Below, piece by piece: positions 19,351 to 26,567 of a DNA stretch of 64,000 nt. The position numbers were made by a program, and so were the translations under genes. The stretch is taken from NCBI GenBank assembly GCA_963851415.1, contig CAWKPF010000002.1, positions 2,374,526-2,438,525 on the forward strand. The letters are read 5' to 3'. The notes beneath the pieces are model-generated. The model saw nothing but the letters and a program-made list of their open reading frames with translations, was not told where the DNA came from and made no database searches. Source of the DNA: an uncultured Acidobacteriota bacterium. GTDB lineage: Bacteria > Acidobacteriota > Thermoanaerobaculia > Multivoradales > Multivoraceae. Each line of letters opens with the position of its first letter. Positions within the stretch are counted from its first letter, which is position 1.

Positions 19351-20831
19351 GTGCACACATTCTTGTCATTGACGACGAGGCCAGCCTTCTGGAGTTCATC
19401 CGTCTCCTGTTCGAGGAACAGGGCTACCGGGTGACGACAGCGAACTCGGTCACGGACGCTCGAGCGAAGCTGGCTGGCGAGAGTTATGACCTGGTTCTCT
19501 GCGACATCATGATGCCCGACGGCAGTGGACTCGATCTCCTCCGTGAGATCAAGGATGTGGCGCATCGCACATCGGTCATCATGATGACCGCGTACACCTC
19601 GACGAAGTCGGCCATCGAAGCGATGAAGCTCGGCGCCTACGACTACGTCTCCAAGCCCTTCGACGTCGACGAGATGAAGGTGCTGGTCGAGAAGGCGCTG
19701 GAGAAGACCGAGCTCGTCGACGAAAACGTCTACCTCCGCCGCGAGCTTCAGCAGAAGTACACCTTCTCCAACATCATCGGAAGAAGCCGCAAGATGCAGG
19801 CCATCTTCTCCCTGATCGAGAAGGTCGCTCGGACCAACTCCACCATCCTGATTCACGGAGAAAGCGGCACCGGCAAGGAGCTCATCGCTCGTGCCGTTCA
19901 CTTCAACAGCCCACGCGCCAAACGTCGCTTCCTGTCGATCAACTGCGGCGCGCTGCCGGAGAACCTGCTCGAGAGCGAGTTGTTCGGCCACGAGCGCGGT
20001 GCATTCACGGGTGCCGTTCGCGAGAAGAAGGGACTCTTCCAGGAGGCCGACGGTGGAACGCTGTTCCTCGACGAGATCGGGGAAATGAGTCCGACCATGC
20101 AGGTCAAGCTCCTGCGCGCTCTACAGGACAAGACCGTTCGCAAGGTCGGAGGGAATCGCGAAGAGCGCGTCGACGTGCGCATCATCGCTGCGACCAATCG
20201 CGATCTTCTCGAAGCGATTTCGCAGAACGAGTTCCGAGAGGACTTGTTCTATCGCATCAACGTGATCCCGATCCAGCTTCCGCCGCTTCGCGAACGGCGA
20301 GAGGACATTCCGCTCCTCATCGACCATTTCGCCGCCCAGTACAGCGCCGAGATGCACGGGTCCGATCCCCCGGGTGAGAACCGGGCGCCGGCACCCCGCT
20401 TTTCCCACGACGCCATGCGCTCCCTGGAGAACTACGATTGGCCCGGCAACGTGCGTGAGCTGGAGAATCTGGTGGAGCGCTCGATCGCCCTCTCTTCGTC
20501 CGAAGTGCTGGAGAACGCGGATCTACCGGGGCATCTGCAGGGAGTCGAGGCCGGAACTCCGGACGGCATCTCCCTGCCGACCGACGGACTCGACCTCGAG
20601 CAGTACCTCGAAGGCATCCGATCGCATCTCATGTCCGAGGCCCTCGAGCGCACGAACTGGGTCCAGACCCAAGCGGCTGAGTTGCTGGGAATGAGCTTTC
20701 GCTCGTTCCGCTACTACGCCAAGAAGGCCGGGCTCACCGGGCGCAAGGAGAAGGCCGACGGAAACGGCCAGGAGGGCGACACCGACCCGGCGAACAACGG
20801 CGAGAACGAAAGGGCCGTGAGCGGCGGCTAG
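19347..20831 (+). CDS. pilR: sigma-54-dependent response regulator, PilR/NtrC family
   Basis: REC domain (DDEASL…LVLCDIMMPDGSG), AAA+ sigma-54 activation domain (GESGTGKE, GAFTGA, ESELFGHE) and C-terminal Fis-type HTH. Confidence 0.85.
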   Translation: MSAHILVIDDEASLLEFIRLLFEEQGYRVTTANSVTDARAKLAGESYDLVLCDIMMPDGSGLDLLREIKDVAHRTSVIMMTAYTSTKSAIEAMKLGAYDYVSKPFDVDEMKVLVEKALEKTELVDENVYLRRELQQKYTFSNIIGRSRKMQAIFSLIEKVARTNSTILIHGESGTGKELIARAVHFNSPRAKRRFLSINCGALPENLLESELFGHERGAFTGAVREKKGLFQEADGGTLFLDEIGEMSPTMQVKLLRALQDKTVRKVGGNREERVDVRIIAATNRDLLEAISQNEFREDLFYRINVIPIQLPPLRERREDIPLLIDHFAAQYSAEMHGSDPPGENRAPAPRFSHDAMRSLENYDWPGNVRELENLVERSIALSSSEVLENADLPGHLQGVEAGTPDGISLPTDGLDLEQYLEGIRSHLMSEALERTNWVQTQAAELLGMSFRSFRYYAKKAGLTGRKEKADGNGQEGDTDPANNGENERAVSGG

Positions 20832-20857
20832 TGCCCCACGGTCCGCGATTCCGGTGG

Positions 20858-21226
20858 CTACTCGGACTTCTTGCTCTCTGAGGACTTCGACGGAGAGCTC
20901 GTGTCCTTGCTGCTCGAGTCTTTACTAGTCGAGTCCTTGCTGCTCGAGTCCTTACTGCTCGAGTCCTTGCTGTCGCTCTCCTTCTTGGAGCTCTTGCTGT
21001 CGCCGCTCGAGCTCTCCGCGCTCTTTCCCTTGTCTTTGTCCTTGCGTGCATAGTCGGTCACGTACCAGCCCGATCCCTTGAACTGAAACGCCGGTGCCGA
21101 GAGCTGCTTCTCCAGTCTCCGACGAGCGCCGCACTGCGGGCACTTGCGCGGCGGAGGGTCGTTCACACCGTGGATGACCTCCACGATGGATTCACAGGCG
21201 GGACAACGGTATTCGTACGTCGGCAT
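20858..21226 (-). CDS. FmdB-family zinc-ribbon protein with Ser/Lys/Asp-rich low-complexity tail
   Basis: MPTYEYRCPACESIVEVIHGVNDPPPRKCPQCG (CxxC…CxxC FmdB ribbon). Tail SKDSSSKDSSSKDSTSKDSSSKD is encoded by a 15-bp tandem repeat. Confidence 0.65.
   Translation of the reverse strand: MPTYEYRCPACESIVEVIHGVNDPPPRKCPQCGARRRLEKQLSAPAFQFKGSGWYVTDYARKDKDKGKSAESSSGDSKSSKKESDSKDSSSKDSSSKDSTSKDSSSKDTSSPSKSSESKKSE
20890..20990. repeat. about six tandem copies of a 15-bp unit (ctcgagtccttgctg and variants) within the FmdB-family gene
   Basis: Direct reading of + strand 20890-20990: …ctcgagtctttacta gtcgagtccttgctg ctcgagtccttactg ctcgagtccttgctg tcgctctccttcttg…. Confidence 0.7.
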
Positions 21227-21387
21227 GGCCGGTTTGCTCCTTGTGATCGTCGCCTCTGGAGCTCTCCTCGAGGAAAGGCTCCGGGCTGAAAAATGCATCT
21301 CTGCGAGTGAATGGGAGGGTCGGGATTCCGCGCGGCGAGGCGTCAAACGGCACGCAGGCCCCCTGAGCCCTGGATCGACGGAGGCAC

Positions 21388-22266
21388 TCAATCGGTGAAG
21401 CGGTCGCCGTCGGTCTTGATCTGGATTCGGAGTCCGGTCTGCCGTCCTGTCTCCCCGACCGAGGCACCCTGCTCACTCGCTGCGAGGCTGTCTAGATGCT
21501 CCTGCGTCGGCTCGATGTTGACCAGTTGCAAGACCGAGAATCCATACAGCAACCGAACCCCGTTCTCCAGGCCAAGGCTACTCGAACTACAGAGCTCTTC
21601 GAGTGAGGTCTCCTCGTCGATTTCCTTGAGCAGGGAGATCTCCTCTTCTCTCAGCGCCAGATCGATCAGATCGATCGGCTCGTACTGCTTCTCCACCTTC
21701 GAAGAAGACCCCAGCAGCTCGAGCAGCTCCTGTGGCAGCGGATAATACCGGGCTCCTTCCTTGATCGCATAGCGAATCGGGATCGCCAGTCCCTCCTCGG
21801 CCCGGTCGCCCACGTTTCTCTCTCCAGGCTCACCGATACTGAAGGTGACGGTGCCTCGACTCCACCCGAAGAGGCTCCAGACGATCCGCTCGATCTGGTC
21901 TCGCCGGGCCTCGGAGAACTCGGCCGCGGTCATCAATCCCTCCTCGATCAGGAGGGGACCGAGAGAGCCTTCCCCGCGTCGCGAGCGACGGACCCGGCGC
22001 AGCTGCTCGCCGCCAACCAATCCGCATCGCATCAGGTGAGCGCTCAGCGAGTCCTCGGGGCTCGATGAAGTGGCATGAACGATCTGACCGTCTCTCAGGT
22101 AGATTCGCTTGACCACATCGTCACAGATCGCCTCGAGCACCCCAGGCACTCCGAAGCGATCGATCGTGTTCAGCATTTCGGGCAGCGGCCGTTCCGCGAG
22201 CTCGCCCCGATAGTGGTATCGCTCCAAGAAACCCTCCGCCCAGGCTCGGGCCGTTGCTCCCTCCAT
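21388..22266 (-). CDS. hypothetical protein, DUF4388-like (by recollection; uncertain)
   Basis: Codon usage and length support a real gene; no catalytic motif recognised. Start placed at MEGATARAW. Confidence 0.4.
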   Translation of the reverse strand: MEGATARAWAEGFLERYHYRGELAERPLPEMLNTIDRFGVPGVLEAICDDVVKRIYLRDGQIVHATSSSPEDSLSAHLMRCGLVGGEQLRRVRRSRRGEGSLGPLLIEEGLMTAAEFSEARRDQIERIVWSLFGWSRGTVTFSIGEPGERNVGDRAEEGLAIPIRYAIKEGARYYPLPQELLELLGSSSKVEKQYEPIDLIDLALREEEISLLKEIDEETSLEELCSSSSLGLENGVRLLYGFSVLQLVNIEPTQEHLDSLAASEQGASVGETGRQTGLRIQIKTDGDRFTD

Positions 22267-22421
22267 CGGCCGGAGGGCGAGGGACCCGGAGAGAGCACGA
22301 TGAGAGAAAGGACACGACTCAGGAGGGCTTCCATCCACCGAAGGCCGGGAAGTCCTCCTTCGAATGCCCAGCGCGCAATTCTATCGCAACTGTACGGGCG
22401 CGACGGGGTAGCATCTGGCCA

Positions 22422-23648
22422 ATGATCAGCCCGGAAACAGCGTGGGAGGCTCTCGAGCCTCAGCTCGAGCCTCTCGAGAGCGAACAGGTGCGGCGCTCAG
22501 AGGCTGCAGGCCGCGTGCTGACGGCTCCCCTCCGGGCCACGTTGGATGTCCCGGCGGCAGACCTCTCGGCCATGGACGGCTACGCGGTCGGTCCTCGGAT
22601 CGAAGTCGGTTCGCGACTCGAGGTGGCCGGCATCGTCGCGGCAGGGGATCCTCCCGGAGCCCAGCTGGAGGCCGGCAAGGCGCTGCGCATCATGACCGGA
22701 GCCCCGACGCCCACGGGTACCGATCGAATCGTGCCGATCGAGCTCACCGACGGCGGGCGCGACCGCGTGACCCTGCGAGAGGTCCCGCCGAGCGAAGCAC
22801 ACATCCGACGACGCGGCGAGATCGTGCGTGTCGGCGAGACCCTTTTCGAGGCAGACACCCTGCTGACCCACGGAGCTCTCGGTGTGTTGGCCACGCACGG
22901 ACTCGACCGCGTTCCGGTCTACCGCCGTCCCACCGTGGCGATCCTCACCACCGGCGACGAGGTGGTGCCTCCCGAAACCGTCCCGGGCCCCGGTCAACTG
23001 CGCGATTCGCACGGAGATTTCCTCGCCAGTGCAGCAGCCGGACTGAGCCACGTCGAGCGCCTCGGCATCGCGCCTGACGAGCCTGGGGCGCTCACCCAAC
23101 TGGTCGAGCGTGGCCTGCGCTCGGACGTGCTCCTTCTGACCGGTGGAGTCTCGATGGGCGAGTTCGATCTGGTCGAGGACGTGCTGGAGGCGCTCGGCTG
23201 CGAGCTTCTCTTCGACGCAGTGGCCATCCAACCGGGAAAGCCACTGGTCGCCGCCAGGCACGACGGCGGCCTCGTCTTCGGCCTGCCGGGCAACCCGGCC
23301 TCGGCAATGGTCACCTACTGGCTCTTCGTCCGACCGACTCTGCATCGACTGCAGGGCATCCCCGATCGGTTCTGGGGCGATGCCCTCAACGGCGTGCTCG
23401 CCGCTGCCTGCGTCGGTGCGAAGGGACGGGACCGCTTCCTGCCCGCCCAGGTCGGCTTCACGAATGGCGAGATTCGGGTCCACCCGAGACCCCCTGCCGG
23501 GTCCCACGATCTCGGCGCCTACGGAGCCGGCACGGCATTGCTGCGAGTCCCCGCCGGCTCGGCGCCCGCCGAGGCCTCGGCGCCCTGCCAGATCCTTCCG
23601 CTCGGAGAGTGGCGTCCCACGGTTCACTCCACGGAGACTCAGCGATGA
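22422..23648 (+). CDS. moeA: molybdopterin molybdenumtransferase MoeA
   Basis: LSAMDGYAV…, GEIVRVGE…, ILTTGDEVV…, LLLTGGVSMGEFD…, GLPGNPASAMV are MoeA/gephyrin-E signatures. Start at MISPETAWE; upstream ORF-track extension removed. Confidence 0.85.
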   Translation: MISPETAWEALEPQLEPLESEQVRRSEAAGRVLTAPLRATLDVPAADLSAMDGYAVGPRIEVGSRLEVAGIVAAGDPPGAQLEAGKALRIMTGAPTPTGTDRIVPIELTDGGRDRVTLREVPPSEAHIRRRGEIVRVGETLFEADTLLTHGALGVLATHGLDRVPVYRRPTVAILTTGDEVVPPETVPGPGQLRDSHGDFLASAAAGLSHVERLGIAPDEPGALTQLVERGLRSDVLLLTGGVSMGEFDLVEDVLEALGCELLFDAVAIQPGKPLVAARHDGGLVFGLPGNPASAMVTYWLFVRPTLHRLQGIPDRFWGDALNGVLAAACVGAKGRDRFLPAQVGFTNGEIRVHPRPPAGSHDLGAYGAGTALLRVPAGSAPAEASAPCQILPLGEWRPTVHSTETQR

Positions 23649-24043
23649 CCTTCGACCCCGACCTCGACGTCGAGCGCTACATCAGTCTCGCGACCTATCG
23701 AAAGAGCGGCAAGGAGGTCGCCACGCCCGTCTGGTTCGCCCAGGACGGGAATCGCCTGTTGGTCGTCACCGGCGGGGACTCGGGCAAGGTGAAGCGACTG
23801 CGCAACTCGAGTCGCTCTCGCATTGCCGTGTGTGACCTGCGAGGCAAGATCCTGGGAAAGTGGATGCCGACCGATACCCGCATCGTCACAGACGAGAGGG
23901 AGATCGCCACCGCACTGCGTTTGCTGCGGGGCAAGTACGGCGTCCAGTTCAAGATCCTGGACCTCTCGGCCTGGTTCGGGAGACGGCTCGACCAGCGGGT
24001 CTTTCTCGAGATCCGCCCTGGCGCGGAGGGCGGTTCGGGGTAA
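23645..24043 (+). CDS. PNPOx-like / PPOX-class (F420-dependent-type) split-barrel flavin-binding protein
   Basis: YISLATYRKSGKEVATPVWFAQDGNRLLVVTGGDSGKVKRLRN matches the split-barrel PPOX/DUF385 pattern. The ATG overlaps the moeA stop (ATGA). Confidence 0.6.
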   Translation: MTFDPDLDVERYISLATYRKSGKEVATPVWFAQDGNRLLVVTGGDSGKVKRLRNSSRSRIAVCDLRGKILGKWMPTDTRIVTDEREIATALRLLRGKYGVQFKILDLSAWFGRRLDQRVFLEIRPGAEGGSG

Positions 24044-24057
24044 CATGCTTCGCCTGC

Positions 24058-24157
24058 GGAAGCGCTCGGGGGCTGGTGCCTCCTGCGGTCTTCAAAACCG
24101 TTTTGTCGTATGGGATGCCATGCGATGGGTGGGTTCGATTCCCATGCGCTTCCGCCA
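24058..24157 (+). tRNA. selC: tRNA-Sec (selenocysteine tRNA, anticodon UCA)
   Basis: 100 nt. 8-bp acceptor stem GGAAGCGC/GCGCTTCC, discriminator G, encoded CCA. 6-bp D-stem GGGGGC/GCCTCC with 4-nt loop TGGT. Anticodon loop cTTCAaa (U33 then TCA). Long 9-bp variable arm GTCGTATGG/CCATGCGAT. T-arm GTGGG-TTCGATT-CCCAT. Same GGAAG…CTTCCGCCA ends as E. coli selC. Confidence 0.8.
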
Positions 24158-24277
24158 CTTCCCCCGCCTTCGGCGGGGAAGGGCGAAGCGCTTGGGTCTC
24201 GGTGGTCGCACTGTCCTTCCCTGAAGGGAAGGGCAGTGCTCTGCAACGATTCCCATGCCGTGCCCTGGCGAACGTTG

Positions 24278-24426
24278 GAGCTCGCGCCTTGCGGCGCATC
24301 GCGCTAGTGAGGGGGCTCGCGCTTTTCGCGCATCGCGGAAGAGATGGATGTGCATGCACGAGCTCGCGCCTTGCGGCGCATCGCGCTAGTGAGGGGGCTC
24401 GCGCTTTTCGCGCATCGCGGAAGAGA
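24278..24426. repeat. two 67-bp perfect direct repeats separated by a 15-bp spacer containing the palindrome GTGCATGCAC
   Basis: gagctcgcgccttgcggcgcatcgcgctagtgagggggctcgcgcttttcgcgcatcgcggaagaga occurs at 24278-24344 and 24360-24426. Each copy contains two gcgcatcgcg sub-repeats. Lies between the 3' ends of selC and the convergent HTH regulator gene. Confidence 0.8.
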
Positions 24427-24441
24427 GCGTCGGGGAAGCGC

Positions 24442-24720
24442 TCAACCGGTCTGTATGAGCTTTAGGAGCTGGCCCACCTGGGCATGCTGCTCGAGAGGGT
24501 GCCGAAGGGGCACCCGGGGGTTGATCTCGTAGTGGTTCTTGCGTCCGACACGCGTCCGATCGAGCACGCCCTCTTCGACCAGCTCGGCGACGATTCGGTG
24601 CGCTGCGCGCTCGGTGATTCCTACTCGTTCCGCGACCTCACGAAGCGTCAGGTCGGGATCCTGCGCGAGACAGAGCAGGACGTGTGCATGGTTCGTCAGA
24701 AAGGTCCAGGTGCCTTGCAT
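24442..24720 (-). CDS. small winged-helix (ArsR/MarR-like) transcriptional regulator
   Basis: 92 aa; LTLREVAERVGITERAAHRIVAELVEEGVL is a helix-turn-helix recognition segment. Confidence 0.55.
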   Translation of the reverse strand: MQGTWTFLTNHAHVLLCLAQDPDLTLREVAERVGITERAAHRIVAELVEEGVLDRTRVGRKNHYEINPRVPLRHPLEQHAQVGQLLKLIQTG

Positions 24721-24850
24721 CTCCCTGATCGTAGCAGTTCAAGAAAACTAATACACGAAATGTAAAAGTGGACTGAGAATTCATGAATCGACTACCATTG
24801 TCGCTCCTGCCGTCGGGCTCGGATCAGCGAACCTTCCTTCGAGCCCCGCC

Positions 24851-26527
24851 GTGCATCGCTTCATGAGGAGGACCCTTTCCGTGCAACTCGATCTGCGCAA
24901 GCGCTTCTTCGGCAACATTCAAGGGGATCTCTTCGGCGGAGTGACGGCGGGCATCGTCGCCCTGCCACTGGCTCTCGGATTCGGCGTGGCCTCCGGACTG
25001 GAGAATGGCGCTGCCGCCGGCCTCTACGGTGCCATCGCCGTGGGACTCTTCGCTTCTTTGTTCGGAGGCACACCGACCCAGATCTCCGGGCCGACGGGGC
25101 CGATGACGGTCATCGTTGCCGGTCTGGTGGGCAGTATGACCGGTGACGCACGGTGGATCTTTGCCGCGGTCATCCTCGCCGGGCTCTTCCAGATCGTTCT
25201 CGGACTGCTGCGCTTCGGCCGATACATCAACTACATCCCGTATCCGGTGATCTCCGGATTCATGAGTGGCATCGGCGTGATCATCATCATTCTGCAGATG
25301 GCTCAGATCGTCGGCCATCGGCCAGCCGCCGGAACGGTCGAGGCGATCCGAAGGATTCCCGAGGACTTCACCAACGTCAATTTCGCTGCCTTGGCGCTCG
25401 GTCTCGCCACGATTGCCGTGATCTACCTCACCCCCCGGTTCACCAAGGCGGTGCCCGGAGCGCTGATGGCCCTCGGCCTGGTGACCGCGGCGTCGCTCCT
25501 GCTGCCGTTCGAGATCCCGAGGATCGGAGCGATCCCCCGCGGGCTGCCGGCGATGTCCCTGCCGCCTTTCGATGTAGAGATGCTGCGCGTGATCCTCCTC
25601 CCGGCATTCCTGCTCGGCGCAATCGCCAGCATCGACTCCCTCTTGACCTCCCTGGTCGCCGACGCCATGACGAAGACCCGACACGACAGCGAGCGGGAGC
25701 TCTTCGGCCAGGGCCTCGGTAACGTGGTGGCGGGTCTGTTCGGCGGGCTGCCCGGAGCCGGCGCCACGATGCGCACCGTGGTGAACATCAAATCCGGGGG
25801 CACCGGACACCTGTCGGGTGTGATCCACTCGCTGTTCCTGGTCCTGACACTGCTGGTGGTCGCGCCGATCGCCGAACGGATTCCGATGGCGGTGTTGGCC
25901 GGGATCCTGATCACCGTGGGGCTCGGCATCGTCGACATGAAGGGCCTGCGCCACGTGCTGAGAGCGCCCCGCGGCGATGCCGCAGTCATGCTCGTAGTGC
26001 TGGGTCTGACCGTGTTCGTCGACCTGATGTGGGCTGTGGCCGTAGGCATGGTGATGGCCGCCATGATCCTGCTCAAGCGCCTCAGCGACCTCGACCCGGC
26101 CACGCACTCTCCGTTGGTCGATATCGCGGCACACCGCCCCTGGATTCCACCGCTCGAGGTGCCCGACGAGGTCCTCGAAGGGGTCTTCGTGGTCGAAGTG
26201 CACGGCTCGCTGTTCTTCGGCAATGCCGGGCCGCTGCAGAGAAAACTCTCCGGCGCGAAGGACGCCGACGCCATCGTCCTGCACATGGGAGACGTGCCCT
26301 ATCTCGATCAGTCAGGGGTCTACGCGCTCGCCGACCTGGCCGACGATCTCACGGCACACGGCACCCGGGTCTACGTCGCGGAGCTCCAGAGCGAGCCGCG
26401 GGAGATTCTCGGTCTGCTGGGCGTGATTCCGGACAAGATCCCCGAGGAACGGGTCTTCGACTCCGTTCAGAAGGCGATCACGGAGGCCACCGACAAGGCC
26501 CACCGACTCAAGAGCGAGGCTTCGTAG
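24851..26527 (+). CDS. SulP-family anion transporter with C-terminal STAS domain
   Basis: N-terminal …FGGVTAGIVALPLALGFGVASG… SulP signature, about 10-12 TM helices, then the cytoplasmic STAS region (…VLHMGDVPYLDQSGVYALADLADDL…). Confidence 0.85.
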   Translation: MHRFMRRTLSVQLDLRKRFFGNIQGDLFGGVTAGIVALPLALGFGVASGLENGAAAGLYGAIAVGLFASLFGGTPTQISGPTGPMTVIVAGLVGSMTGDARWIFAAVILAGLFQIVLGLLRFGRYINYIPYPVISGFMSGIGVIIIILQMAQIVGHRPAAGTVEAIRRIPEDFTNVNFAALALGLATIAVIYLTPRFTKAVPGALMALGLVTAASLLLPFEIPRIGAIPRGLPAMSLPPFDVEMLRVILLPAFLLGAIASIDSLLTSLVADAMTKTRHDSERELFGQGLGNVVAGLFGGLPGAGATMRTVVNIKSGGTGHLSGVIHSLFLVLTLLVVAPIAERIPMAVLAGILITVGLGIVDMKGLRHVLRAPRGDAAVMLVVLGLTVFVDLMWAVAVGMVMAAMILLKRLSDLDPATHSPLVDIAAHRPWIPPLEVPDEVLEGVFVVEVHGSLFFGNAGPLQRKLSGAKDADAIVLHMGDVPYLDQSGVYALADLADDLTAHGTRVYVAELQSEPREILGLLGVIPDKIPEERVFDSVQKAITEATDKAHRLKSEAS

Positions 26528-26567
26528 ACGCAGCGCGCCATCGCCCAGGAGCACTCGCCGAGGACTT

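Noticed and set aside
22497-23627. 376-aa minus ORF
   Set aside because: Antisense to moeA.
24278-24426. Possible CRISPR array
   Set aside because: Only two repeat copies, repeats 67 bp (too long), spacer 15 bp (too short), no cas genes. Called a generic direct repeat instead.
24824-26284. 486-aa minus ORF
   Set aside because: Antisense to the SulP transporter gene; H/D/G/R-rich nonsense composition.
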